Shown piece after piece: positions 37,766-47,526 of a stretch of 64,000 bases of DNA; positions within the stretch are counted from its first letter, which is position 1; every line of letters starts with the position of its first letter. The notes beneath the pieces were generated by a model that saw only the letters and a list, made by a program, of their open reading frames with translations, made no database searches and was not told where the DNA came from. The position numbers and the translations under genes were made by a program. Location: positions 39,632-103,631 of the forward strand of contig JACPNE010000008.1 in assembly GCA_016185615.1 (NCBI GenBank), read 5' to 3'. The DNA is from Candidatus Woesearchaeota archaeon (GTDB taxonomy: Archaea > Nanobdellota > Nanobdellia > SCGC-AAA011-G17 > JACPNG01).

Positions 37766-39165
37766 ATTCCCAACTTTCTCCTTTGTGATCTTACTCTGTC
37801 TTTCTCTTGCTCAATTTTATCTTCTTGATCCTCTAATTCATCTAATCTGTCAAAATATTCTTTCTTTTTCTGCTTTAGTTTTTTCCATTCTTGCTCAATC
37901 TCTTTCTTTTCTTTGTTAATTTGATTCCTCATTGAGTTCAATCTGTCAATATTGCTCTCTATCCTGTTTTGTTTAACATCAAAGTCATTATAGATCTTCT
38001 TGTCTTTTTCAACTTTCTTTTTTAGTTCATCCAGCTTCTTTGCTTCCTGTTTAAGCTTGTCTTCTTGGCTCTTTAGTTTTTTAGCTGATTGGTCTAATTT
38101 ATATCTCTCATCTTCAACAAGGTCTTCCTTTGAATAAAGCTCATTTTCCTTCTTTATTATTGAATCTTCTCTCTCTTTCAATTTCATCCTTAGGCCATTA
38201 ATATATTCCTTGTCATCAACTATTGCTTCCTTGTCATCATACAATTTATCTTGTTCATCCCAAATTTTATCCCTTGTTTTTGTCAGCCTTTTTTCTTCCT
38301 TTTTGATGAACAATTTGTCATTCTCGACACTCTGTTTCAATGCCTCAATCCTCTTGGCTTCTGCATCCAGTTTTTGTTTTTGCTTTTCTATTCTCTTGTC
38401 TTCAGATTCTATCTTGAATTTTAAATCATCAATCTCCTCTTTCTTATCTTCTATCTCATCTTCTAAGTCCATAATCCTTTTCTCTCTCTCTTTTATTTTC
38501 TCAAGCCTTGGTCTTATACTCTTTTCTTCCTTCTCGAGCTTCTTTCTTTGATAGTTTATGTTTGATGCCTGCTCTTCCAATTGTTCTTTTTTATCCTCTA
38601 ACAAAAGCTTTTCTCTTTCAACCTCTCTTTCTCTTTTTCTTATGTTCTTCTTCTCTTCCTTTATCTTGTCAAACTTTTGATTCAACCCTTTCTCGCTGTC
38701 TTCTAACGCTTTCCTTTCTGCCCTTAATTTAACTTTTTGATTTTCTATAGCTTGTTTTTCTTTTTCTAGCCTTCTTATCTCAGGCATTAGAACTTTTCTG
38801 TCTATCTCATCCTTCAATGGATTTTCAACATTTGGATCCAATAATTGCTCAATCTGGAATCTTCTTTTTCTCTCATTTATCATTAACTCCTTACTAGAGT
38901 ATATAACAATGCCAAGAAGTATCAAAAATTGCAATCCAGACTGTATTGGCACCCTTATAAAATCCAAGCTAGGAAAGAATGATAATGCCCTTAACATGAA
39001 TACAACACCCAAAAGCAAGACAAATGTCAATAAATTTCTAACCCTAAATAAGCTGTCTTTTCCATTCCTCTTCAGATTAAACCATAAAAAAATAGCTATT
39101 AGGAATAATAATGCATAAATAAAACCCTGATAACTAGCTATATTATTTAAAGTTTCAAAGACCAT
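37762..39165 (-). CDS. Membrane-anchored long coiled-coil protein
   Basis: Three N-terminal TM helices, then about 340 aa of continuous K/E/D/R heptads. Confidence 0.8.
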   Translation of the reverse strand: MVFETLNNIASYQGFIYALLFLIAIFLWFNLKRNGKDSLFRVRNLLTFVLLLGVVFMLRALSFFPSLDFIRVPIQSGLQFLILLGIVIYSSKELMINERKRRFQIEQLLDPNVENPLKDEIDRKVLMPEIRRLEKEKQAIENQKVKLRAERKALEDSEKGLNQKFDKIKEEKKNIRKREREVEREKLLLEDKKEQLEEQASNINYQRKKLEKEEKSIRPRLEKIKEREKRIMDLEDEIEDKKEEIDDLKFKIESEDKRIEKQKQKLDAEAKRIEALKQSVENDKLFIKKEEKRLTKTRDKIWDEQDKLYDDKEAIVDDKEYINGLRMKLKEREDSIIKKENELYSKEDLVEDERYKLDQSAKKLKSQEDKLKQEAKKLDELKKKVEKDKKIYNDFDVKQNRIESNIDRLNSMRNQINKEKKEIEQEWKKLKQKKKEYFDRLDELEDQEDKIEQEKDRVRSQRRKLGI

Positions 39166-39377
39166 TTTATCACTCTTGTATAGTATACTATTGTTACTAT
39201 CTGCTATAAATAATATATAAAGATTATGTTGATTTATTAGTTATGATTTTTCTTTAATAATTTCTTGTCTAGGGCTTCCTTCATAAGATTTTTATAAATT
39301 TTATAAAATAGCTTATTATCTTTAACGTATTTTATCTTATAATCATCAACATCTTCAGCGGTTATATACTATATATT

Positions 39378-39911
39378 TTAATACAAATCCTTGTTTTCTA
39401 AATGAATTAATGCCATTTGAACAGCCTGTTTAGTATAATCTTTTCTACTCATTCTCCCTTTTGTTAACATACCAATCGCACCTTCAGAGGAACCAATTTT
39501 CCTATCAGCAGTTAATCCCAATCTATAAAATGCTTCATTTGCATCTATTCCTTCTTCATGAATCATTTGCGTAACTTTTTTTGGAAATTCGAAAGCACAT
39601 GACAATCCCAAGTGATAATCTTTACCATCATAAATAGCACAAACACAAAAATCCATACTTCCTGTTTTTGTCTGCGGAACAACCATTAGTCCACTCTCTA
39701 TCCCGAAACTATAAATGCAGCCATTAAAAACTGCTTTAGCTCTATTTATAGCACCTTGAACAGTTTCTTCTAATGATTTTGGCTGTTCGCTTACTCCAGA
39801 GTTAACTTCCATTTCTATAATTTCATAATTCGCTAAGTCTTGATAATTCCTTAAAACCTCTTTAACAGCTTCTACTTTAACGGGATTTTTAGAAGCAATA
39901 TTTATTCTCAT
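39378..39911 (-). CDS. yjjX: Inosine/xanthosine triphosphatase (YjjX/DUF84)
   Basis: ASKNPVKVEAV, SGVSEQP...ETVQGAINRA, GIESG, GAIGMLTKG. Confidence 0.93.
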   Translation of the reverse strand: MRINIASKNPVKVEAVKEVLRNYQDLANYEIIEMEVNSGVSEQPKSLEETVQGAINRAKAVFNGCIYSFGIESGLMVVPQTKTGSMDFCVCAIYDGKDYHLGLSCAFEFPKKVTQMIHEEGIDANEAFYRLGLTADRKIGSSEGAIGMLTKGRMSRKDYTKQAVQMALIHLENKDLY

Positions 39912-39991
39912 ATAATTTTAGTTATAGATTGTTATAAAAATATTGTTATACTGATTTTCCAATAATTGATAGGATATATAAAAACAATAAT

Positions 39992-40072
39992 GATAGTGTC
40001 AGAGCTTAGAAGAATTGTCAAAGACAATTCAAAGCCACATCAGAGATGTGGTGTCTAAGTGGCTCCACTATC
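39992..40072. ncRNA. Candidate structured non-coding RNA (three-way junction, possible K-turn)
   Basis: Nested stems GATAGTG/CACTATC, GAGC/GCTC, TTAGA/TCTAA, GAATTGTC/GACAATTC, CCACATC/GATGTGG. Confidence 0.6.
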
Positions 40073-40111
40073 GGTGCTATTATTAAACATTCATTTTAAA
40101 AATATTCTTAT

Positions 40112-41737
40112 TTAGTTATGGCTATACCAAAATATTAATTTATTTTTTTTCTTTGAGTCTAATCTTACAAATCCGAATCTCAAGAATTGCACAACCTCTC
40201 CAATCTTGATCTTTTTAGCATCTTTCTCAGCTAATCCCTTAACAATATTTTTATCAGGCATTAATATTTCGACTTCCACTAAATCTTTTGAGACAGGCAG
40301 CCAATGTATCAATTTAGCATCTAAATTTTGATCCAGTTCTTTTGAGACAAATTCATTATTCTTAAAATTAAAGATATGCATTAATCTATAATATTTATTT
40401 TTCTCAATATTGTCCATTACATAAAATTCATTTCCTACTTTGAATTTCCTTGAGCCTAATTTTTCATTGTCTGGATGGAATTGGACTTTTACTTCTTGAT
40501 TTGGAGCGTTCTTTATGTTTATTTTAATTGGATTTTTTATGAAGAAATATCTCTTAGCTTCCTTGTCCAATAATCTTTTGTTATGTATTATTAACTCTGA
40601 CCATTCTAATTCTGATTCGGCCTTTGACATTCCGGTAGATAATACAAAATTTTTTATTGCATCCGGAGTAAATCCTCTTCTTTTTAATGCAGCTATTGTT
40701 GTTAAGCTCGGATCATCCCATCCCATTAATTCCTTTTTCTGGATCATCTCCCTTATGATTCTTCCAGAGCTTGGAACCCCTTTTAGATTAAATCTCGCAA
40801 CCTCATATATTTTAGTCTCATTAAATCCCAGGGTTTTTTGTATAAATCTGTGCAATTCATTTCTCAATTCAAATTCCTTGCTCCTTATTCTATAAGTTAC
40901 TCCCTCTAATGAATCCATAACAGAATTCTCGAAATCATATGTAGGCCATACGATATGCTTTTTTATTCTTGGATGCTTCTCATTTATTATTCTAAAAATT
41001 ATAGGATCCCTCATTGTTGAATTTTGATGTTTCAAGTCAATTTTTAATCTTAGGACATATTTTTTTCCTTTAAACATTTCTTTCCATAATTTCATATTTT
41101 CATCTGGATTATTTTCCCTGTCATCGCATGGCTTTCCTTCAGCCCTATATTTTCTTATCAATTCCAAAGAGTGCTTGCATACATATGCTTTGTTTTCTTT
41201 GATTAATTTCTCAGCCAATGAATAAAATTTTTTCATATTATCAGAGGCATAAGTTATTCTATCCGGCTTTATCTCAAGCCATTTCAGATCATCAAGATAA
41301 ACTTTATAGAAATCTTTCTTGACTAAATTTGGATTTGTATCTTCAAATCTAAAGATAAACTTTCCTTTGTTTTGTTTAGCTAATTCATAATTAAGCATTA
41401 ATGATTTTATATGACCTATATGGGAATATTTGCTTGGCTCTGGGGGAAATGCTGTCACAACTTTTCCCTTGATATCAAAGCTGTCAAATAATCCCCTCTC
41501 TTCTATCTTTTTTTCCAATAATTCTGGAGCTAACTTCTCTAGTTGTTTTTTTTGCTCTTCAAAACTTAATTTGTTCACTTCATCAACTATTTTTTTGACT
41601 TCAATAGACAACTTTTTCTTGTCATCTACTTTAATCTCAGAGAAAACTTTTCCTATTACTGCTCCAATATTCGCTTTTCCGTTATAACGGACGGCGTTCT
41701 GTAATGCATATTTAAGTATTGAATCTTTCATAATCAT
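40112..41737 (-). CDS. gltX: Glutamyl-tRNA synthetase, archaeal type
   Basis: YALQNAVRYNGKA, FPPEPSKYSHIGH, RFEDTNP, WPTYDF, GWDDP, VQFLRFGFVRLD. Confidence 0.95.
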   Translation of the reverse strand: MIMKDSILKYALQNAVRYNGKANIGAVIGKVFSEIKVDDKKKLSIEVKKIVDEVNKLSFEEQKKQLEKLAPELLEKKIEERGLFDSFDIKGKVVTAFPPEPSKYSHIGHIKSLMLNYELAKQNKGKFIFRFEDTNPNLVKKDFYKVYLDDLKWLEIKPDRITYASDNMKKFYSLAEKLIKENKAYVCKHSLELIRKYRAEGKPCDDRENNPDENMKLWKEMFKGKKYVLRLKIDLKHQNSTMRDPIIFRIINEKHPRIKKHIVWPTYDFENSVMDSLEGVTYRIRSKEFELRNELHRFIQKTLGFNETKIYEVARFNLKGVPSSGRIIREMIQKKELMGWDDPSLTTIAALKRRGFTPDAIKNFVLSTGMSKAESELEWSELIIHNKRLLDKEAKRYFFIKNPIKINIKNAPNQEVKVQFHPDNEKLGSRKFKVGNEFYVMDNIEKNKYYRLMHIFNFKNNEFVSKELDQNLDAKLIHWLPVSKDLVEVEILMPDKNIVKGLAEKDAKKIKIGEVVQFLRFGFVRLDSKKKNKLIFWYSHN

Positions 41738-41775
41738 AGAAAAATAAAGAAAGATTATTTAAAAATGTTGTTTGA

Positions 41776-42654
41776 TTATGCATGCATCAATGTCTTCTCT
41801 AACGTAGAAGGAAGTATCTCACTAACATTGATAGGACCCTCAGAAATAGATACCAATTGATTTTCACCATTTTTAGTATCCCTCCCGTAAATTCTTTTAA
41901 ATGCTACTAATGTGTTTCGGAATTTATCATAAACTTTTCCTGGAGGTAATGGAATAAATGGTAAATTCTCATTAGGCTTGTATTCAACATGAATTGTCCT
42001 AACTAGTCCATCACCCCCATATTCTGCAATAACTCCCATACCCGCATTAGAATATGGTGTTGATTTTATCTGATAAGACTTAACAGGGTAGCCAGCCTGG
42101 CTGTAACCCACTGCAAGTCTTATTGCATTTCTTGTCTTTAATCCTATTCCCTCATCAGGATCGTCTGGATCAATCTCTTCTTTTGTTGATAAGAAGCCCT
42201 TTGGCAAATAATGACTAAATGAAATATCCTCTAATGATTTTATATTTGGATTAAATTCTCTTACCCTGGTAACTTTAAGATTCTTGCCATCAAAAACATA
42301 AGCACTTTCTCTTGCTTTTTTAGCCTGACCATTATGATTATTATCACCATTACGACTTTTGCCTATATATCTTAAAAGATCATGTTCATCATATATCTCA
42401 ACCATTGGGGGTATTACTTTGTCTAAAACTATCTTATCCTCTTTCAACCTCTTTGCTAAAACATCTCCATCCTCTAGAACTAAGAATCCATCAAGATGCT
42501 GATTTTCATTTCCCCCTTCCTCTATAAATTTGCCAAATCTTGAATCTAATCTTCCTCTAACTATTTTAGCATATTTTAACCATTCAGGAAGGTTATGTTC
42601 AAATTGATATAAACAAAGTGCCTTAAAAACGACACTTCTATCTATGTTTTCCAT
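41776..42654 (-). CDS. Hypothetical protein, possibly degenerate DisA_N/diadenylate-cyclase-like fold
   Basis: GFLVL, ESAYVFDG and GIGLKTRNAIRLA loosely follow the DGA and GxGTRHRAA spacing. Confidence 0.45.
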   Translation of the reverse strand: MENIDRSVVFKALCLYQFEHNLPEWLKYAKIVRGRLDSRFGKFIEEGGNENQHLDGFLVLEDGDVLAKRLKEDKIVLDKVIPPMVEIYDEHDLLRYIGKSRNGDNNHNGQAKKARESAYVFDGKNLKVTRVREFNPNIKSLEDISFSHYLPKGFLSTKEEIDPDDPDEGIGLKTRNAIRLAVGYSQAGYPVKSYQIKSTPYSNAGMGVIAEYGGDGLVRTIHVEYKPNENLPFIPLPPGKVYDKFRNTLVAFKRIYGRDTKNGENQLVSISEGPINVSEILPSTLEKTLMHA

Positions 42655-42760
42655 ATATCAGATAAGAAAGTTCTGTATATATAGGTGTTTGTGGCTATTT
42701 TTTATATTTATCCAAAAATATAGAAATATTTATTAATTTATAAAAAATATTATAAAATTA

Positions 42761-43744
42761 ATGATAAAAAGTGATTATAACCTTATCTACCTATGCTCAG
42801 AAAATGCAAGGATAAGCCTAAAGGAGCTCTCCCGTTATCTAAAAAAAAGCCCCCAAAGGCTCAGATATTCAATTTCTAGCTTGAAAAGGGATAATTTTAT
42901 AGGGGCTCCATTCTGTATCTTTGACTATTCTTATTTTGGGTTAATATTATTTAGGGTATACTTCAAAGCAGGGTATATTAGTGAACAAGATAAAACAAAG
43001 ATAATTAATGAGCTTTATAATAACCCATACATAGTCTCAATATATGATTTAATAGGGGAATATGATATTGTGATAGAATTTGCATGTCCTAATTCCTCAA
43101 GATTCAATAAAGAGCTGAAAAAGATAACAACATTGACTCCAGTACTTAATGAATATAAAGTAGTGTTGAACATAGTAACTCATATGTATCCGAGGAATTA
43201 TCTGCAAAATAACATAAATCAGTATAATATAAAATCAGAAAGGATAATCGGAGGAGACAGAGATATAGAAAAATTCAATGTAAAGGAAATGGCTGTGATG
43301 AAAAATTTGTTGATAAACCCAACAATGAGGTTTGTTGATCTTGCAAATGAATCCGGATTAAACATAAAGACAACAAGATCTATATTTAACATATTGACAA
43401 AAAGAAATATCATAAAAGGATTCAAGCACATAGTAAACACAAATAAGTTAGAAATAAACAAGAGCAGATTATTCCTAAAGTTGCATAATATAAGCATAAT
43501 AAGGGAAGATGAGCTTATGGATCATTTATTAAAAACAAAAGAGGTAGTTCAATCTAACAAGACTGTAGGGGATTGGGATATGGAAGTTGATATAGAAGCA
43601 TTAGACAAAAATGAGATAAGAAATATTATAATGCAGATGAGAGAGGAATTTAAGGATGTTATCGAGAGATACAATATTATAGAATTTTACAACTATTACA
43701 AGAGATCTTATCTCCCATTATATTTGTTTAAAGAGGAATCATAA
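42761..43744 (+). CDS. Tandem (double) Lrp/AsnC-family regulator
   Basis: ENARISLKELS...GEYDIVIE, and a second unit NPTMRFVDLA...VGDWDMEVD. Confidence 0.88.
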   Translation: MIKSDYNLIYLCSENARISLKELSRYLKKSPQRLRYSISSLKRDNFIGAPFCIFDYSYFGLILFRVYFKAGYISEQDKTKIINELYNNPYIVSIYDLIGEYDIVIEFACPNSSRFNKELKKITTLTPVLNEYKVVLNIVTHMYPRNYLQNNINQYNIKSERIIGGDRDIEKFNVKEMAVMKNLLINPTMRFVDLANESGLNIKTTRSIFNILTKRNIIKGFKHIVNTNKLEINKSRLFLKLHNISIIREDELMDHLLKTKEVVQSNKTVGDWDMEVDIEALDKNEIRNIIMQMREEFKDVIERYNIIEFYNYYKRSYLPLYLFKEES

Positions 43745-44196
43745 TGACTTCATTAAAAATATTGAATAATAAGGAAAAGAAAAAAATAATAGAATTAATG
43801 AAAAATTGTTATGGAATATCAGAAATAAAATTAGATTATGTTTTCATGAAGAATAAAGATGACAAAGTTTATTTATTAAGCAAAGACTTCAGCAAAATTG
43901 ATACAGATAATATAAGAATAAATTCTATTGGAATGTATTTTGCAAAATTATATCCAAACGGAATAAGGTTAAGCATAGAAGGATCTCAATTAATCGGGCC
44001 ACTTGCAAAGAAGAATGTATTGGAAGTTAATAATGATGAAGTAAAAAATTGGGTGAAGGGTTATGATATTTTAACAGATGAAAGATTCAATGGTTATGTC
44101 ATAATGAAAAATAATAATGATTATTTCGGCTCAGGATTTTACAGGGAAGGAAAAATAGAAAATATGATACCAAAAGACAGGAGAATCAAGAAGTAG
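43744..44196 (+). CDS. NIP7/PUA-like ribosome biogenesis protein
   Basis: RINSIGMYFAK...IRLSIEGSQLIG, WVKGYDI, NMIPKDRRI. Confidence 0.8.
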   Translation: MTSLKILNNKEKKKIIELMKNCYGISEIKLDYVFMKNKDDKVYLLSKDFSKIDTDNIRINSIGMYFAKLYPNGIRLSIEGSQLIGPLAKKNVLEVNNDEVKNWVKGYDILTDERFNGYVIMKNNNDYFGSGFYREGKIENMIPKDRRIKK

Positions 44197-44809
44197 ATTT
44201 TGAAAAATTACATCCTTTATTCAAGCAACAACTGCTGCATAATGGTTTTGTTTTGCATACGGTTTTTCCGTGCATAACAATCAATGCATGATATTCCTTA
44301 AATAAATCAGCATCTTTTTTCAAATTGTTCATAAATAGATTTTGTAATTCATCATAACTTTGTTCTTTAAATCCTAATCTATTAAATATTCTTTTTGTAT
44401 ATGTATCTATAACAAATATCGGTTGATTATAAGAATATAATAATATTGAGTCTGCTGTCTCTTTTCCGATTCCCCAGACATTAAGCAAATTTTCCCTGTT
44501 AATTTGTTTTTTTGAGTCAAGAAATTTGATAAACTCCTTTAGCTTCTTTGCTTTTTGGTTATGATAACCGGAACTTTTGATTATCATCGCTAATTTTTTA
44601 ACATTTATCTTTCTAATTTCTTCTTGAGATAACAAATTATGCTTTATCAGATTATCAAGAGCTTTCTCAACATTTATCCAGTTTGTATTTTGGGTCAGTA
44701 TAGCTCCCACTGAAATCTCAAATTTTTTTTTAGATGTTTTTGTAGGCCACCATTTTCTTGGACCATGCTCTTTTAATAGAATTCTGTATATCTCATCAAA
44801 TTCCAACAT
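44186..44809 (-). CDS. Endonuclease III-like HhH-GPD glycosylase with Fe-S cluster
   Basis: GAILTQNTNWINVEKAL, GIGKETADSILLY, FVIDTYTKRI, CKTKPLCSSCCLNKGC; start taken at MLEFDEIY. Confidence 0.92.
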   Translation of the reverse strand: MLEFDEIYRILLKEHGPRKWWPTKTSKKKFEISVGAILTQNTNWINVEKALDNLIKHNLLSQEEIRKINVKKLAMIIKSSGYHNQKAKKLKEFIKFLDSKKQINRENLLNVWGIGKETADSILLYSYNQPIFVIDTYTKRIFNRLGFKEQSYDELQNLFMNNLKKDADLFKEYHALIVMHGKTVCKTKPLCSSCCLNKGCNFSKSTS

Positions 44810-45272
44810 GGATACCATTTCCATATTTTTCGCTTGTATACTCATAAAATGTCTTTTTACCATGATAAGTATCACTATTATTAGTATCATATTCAGTAAC
44901 TCTAAGTTCAGCAATTACTAATCCTGATTGTCTTGGAATAGTTAGATGATAAACATCACGAGTTATAGATACTAAAGGAATTTCATTTTCTTTTGCAACG
45001 ATAACCTCACTCATCTCTTGGCCAAGCCAATTAACAGCAATAAGTTCTAATGCTCCGGATAATACTAAAAAATCTTCTGGATCTTTAGACAAATCTAATC
45101 CTTTATGAAAATGATCTGCTCCGCGACTACCATGTGAATATTTGCCCAAAAGTATATCTTTTAATGGTCTCTGTTTAAATTTATCGATCTTATGACATAA
45201 ATTAAATAAGGATTTTCCATTACCATTATAATTAGGGATTATTATCTTAGTCTCTACACCTTCAATAACCAT
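44796..45272 (-). CDS. Hypothetical protein
   Basis: 158-aa ORF overlapping the glycosylase start. Confidence 0.55.
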   Translation of the reverse strand: MVIEGVETKIIIPNYNGNGKSLFNLCHKIDKFKQRPLKDILLGKYSHGSRGADHFHKGLDLSKDPEDFLVLSGALELIAVNWLGQEMSEVIVAKENEIPLVSITRDVYHLTIPRQSGLVIAELRVTEYDTNNSDTYHGKKTFYEYTSEKYGNGIHVGI

Positions 45273-45309
45273 ACATAATTAGAAAATAGTTAATTTATAA
45301 AACTAATGT

Positions 45310-45717
45310 TTATATTTCATCTTTAATTAACAGATATAATAATATAATCCCGCCAATTGTTATAAAACTATCAGCTATATTAAATGCAGGCCAAAAGCCA
45401 AAATCAATAAAATCTCTTACATATCCAAAGAAAATTCTATCTATTAAGTTCCCAATTGTTCCGCTGAGAATAAAGCCAAGTCCATAAACAGCATAATTAT
45501 TTTTTATAACAAACAGATAATAAGAAATAATTACTAAGACAACAATTGAAATTAAGATTAATAACAAATTATATCCTTTTAATATACCAAATGCCGCTCC
45601 CGTATTCTCAACATAATTCAATCTGAAAAATCCAAAGCTAAAATCAAATAATTTAGAATAGAATTTAGTCAATTGGTCAATTATGACAATTATTATGATA
45701 ATTATCCAAGATCTCAT
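45310..45717 (-). CDS. lspA: Signal peptidase II (lipoprotein signal peptidase)
   Basis: IDQLTK, NTGAAFG, GNLIDRIFFGYVRDFID, FNIAD with both catalytic Asp residues. Confidence 0.93.
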   Translation of the reverse strand: MRSWIIIIIIVIIDQLTKFYSKLFDFSFGFFRLNYVENTGAAFGILKGYNLLLILISIVVLVIISYYLFVIKNNYAVYGLGFILSGTIGNLIDRIFFGYVRDFIDFGFWPAFNIADSFITIGGIILLYLLIKDEI

Positions 45718-45902
45718 ATAACTTTTTTTATTGATTCTTCAATCCTTTCAATTCTTGCATTCAAGTTCTCTAGCCTAGCGTTTATCAGATCAAGCTTACT
45801 TAAAACAATCTCAATGTCTCTTTCGTCATAACTGGATTTCCCATAGAACTTGTCCTCTATCTTTGGCTCTTCTTTTTTTCTGAATAGACTAAAAGGCCAC
45901 AT
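45714..45902 (-). CDS. Small coiled-coil protein
   Basis: DIEIVLSKLDLINARLENLNARIERIE; overlaps both neighbours. Confidence 0.75.
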   Translation of the reverse strand: MWPFSLFRKKEEPKIEDKFYGKSSYDERDIEIVLSKLDLINARLENLNARIERIEESIKKVI

Positions 45903-46396
45903 TATTTTGTACTCCTCAAATTTAAGAAAGCCTTCGCTTGGTTAAATACATCATATGTCTCTGCCCTTAATTCCGCAGAATATTTCTCTATCTTTGTACT
46001 TAGAATATAATGATCATATACTGCCCTCACAAATTTAAGGAAGAAATTCTTCTCCCACCTGTCTTCATAATCTTTTTCGAGAAAAGACTCAAATTTTATG
46101 CTACAAACCCCTCTGCAGGCTATACAATCTTTTAATTGTACATCCTCAACATCATTCAATTTTAGTCTTACTTCTATATGGAATTTTGTATAATCATCAA
46201 CTTTCCTTTCTGCTTCCCACTTTATAGAATCGCTTTTTTCTCCGCCTTCTTTCATACTATCGATATATTCTTTTTCATAGAAATCATAGTTATGCAGATC
46301 AAACCAAGATTTTAATAATTTATACAGATCAGCAAAATTGAAGATTGCTTTTTGCTCTATCCTCAATGCTGGAATTACATAATCTATCTCTGACAT
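45902..46396 (-). CDS. Uncharacterised protein, paralogue 3 of 3
   Basis: FNFADLYKLLKSWF...YDFYEKEY...RKVDDYTKFHIEV...DYEDRWEKN. Confidence 0.85.
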   Translation of the reverse strand: MSEIDYVIPALRIEQKAIFNFADLYKLLKSWFDLHNYDFYEKEYIDSMKEGGEKSDSIKWEAERKVDDYTKFHIEVRLKLNDVEDVQLKDCIACRGVCSIKFESFLEKDYEDRWEKNFFLKFVRAVYDHYILSTKIEKYSAELRAETYDVFNQAKAFLNLRSTK

Positions 46397-46432
46397 GATA
46401 TTGCAATGTTTGGTTTATTTTTAATTATTTCG

Positions 46433-46915
46433 CTATGTATAAACATTAAGAAACTCCTTTATCTCCTCTACTAAACCATAAAACTTATCATATAAATCAA
46501 CTTTATACTCCTCAATCCTCTTTTTTATGATAAATCTTTCATAAATTTCCATGAAATAGCTCTGTTTCCCTGTCCTCTCCAATGCCGCGCTCATCCTTAT
46601 ATCAAAATCTGCCCTCTGCAGCTTTATTTTTTTATCATCCTTTTGTATCTCGACATCTCTTAGTCCAACAAATATAAAAGTCATAGTTATCACATAGATA
46701 ACGTCTGTGCTTTTATTCTTCCTGCAGTCCCATGTAAACTCTATTTTCTTTGCTCCTCCCGGAAGTATTGTTTCTATATACTGCTTTTCATTAGTATCTC
46801 TCCAATAACCATTAAATTCAAGCCATCTTTTCACCCACCTATAGAATTCAGATGTATCTAAAATCCCAATATGCCTTATCCTAATTGATGGTGCTACAGT
46901 AATTCTCCTAATCAT
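46433..46915 (-). CDS. Uncharacterised protein, paralogue 2 of 3
   Basis: GILDTSEFYRWVKRWL...EKQY...IEFTWD...IYERFIIKKRIEEYKVDLY. Confidence 0.85.
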   Translation of the reverse strand: MIRRITVAPSIRIRHIGILDTSEFYRWVKRWLEFNGYWRDTNEKQYIETILPGGAKKIEFTWDCRKNKSTDVIYVITMTFIFVGLRDVEIQKDDKKIKLQRADFDIRMSAALERTGKQSYFMEIYERFIIKKRIEEYKVDLYDKFYGLVEEIKEFLNVYT

Positions 46916-46929
46916 AAACTAACCTCTCT

Positions 46930-47445
46930 TTATTGTCCATAATTATGAAGATAAAGTCCCATTATCTCTTTTACATTATTATGCAATCCTATCAAATCTA
47001 CATATAACTTGGCTTCATACTCTCCTTTTATTTTATCTTTAATGATGTAATTATTGTAAATTAAATTGAAGAATCTTGCCATAAAATTTCTGTTCCACCT
47101 GTTTTTATAGTCTAAATACAAATAAGCTTTAAAATTAATGTCTATAAATCCCTTATCAAGAGTTCTGTTCTTTATTTTTACCTTCTCCATCTCTATTATA
47201 AAAAGAAAAACATCAATATGAAATCTTACATAGCCATCAATATCCCTGTCAGACTTCATTCCAATCATAACTTCATAACCTTTATCCTTGGTTTTGCTCT
47301 GTGTTTCAGTTAATTGGAAGATATAATTTCTGTCTTCAACATATCTTTGTATTGACTTTATCAAATCTTTAAGATCGTATATTCCTCTTCTCTGTATCCT
47401 GATTCCACTGCTGGACATTATCCAATGCTGTCCCCTCTTTATCAT
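46930..47445 (-). CDS. Uncharacterised protein, paralogue 1 of 3
   Basis: GIYDLKDLIKSI...YIFQL...RDIDGYVRFHIDV...DYKNRW...IYNNYIIK...YEAKLY. Confidence 0.85.
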   Translation of the reverse strand: MIKRGQHWIMSSSGIRIQRRGIYDLKDLIKSIQRYVEDRNYIFQLTETQSKTKDKGYEVMIGMKSDRDIDGYVRFHIDVFLFIIEMEKVKIKNRTLDKGFIDINFKAYLYLDYKNRWNRNFMARFFNLIYNNYIIKDKIKGEYEAKLYVDLIGLHNNVKEIMGLYLHNYGQ

Positions 47446-47526
47446 AATAATAAAGTTATGTCCTAAATTAATAAATCTTTCTTAATTTAAAAAAACCTTT
47501 ATAAGATATAAAATTCTAATAATAAA

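Noticed and set aside
37762-39165. Tandem DNA repeat or SMC/Rad50 paralogue
   Set aside because: Low-complexity heptad coding without exact repeats; no Walker motifs or hinge
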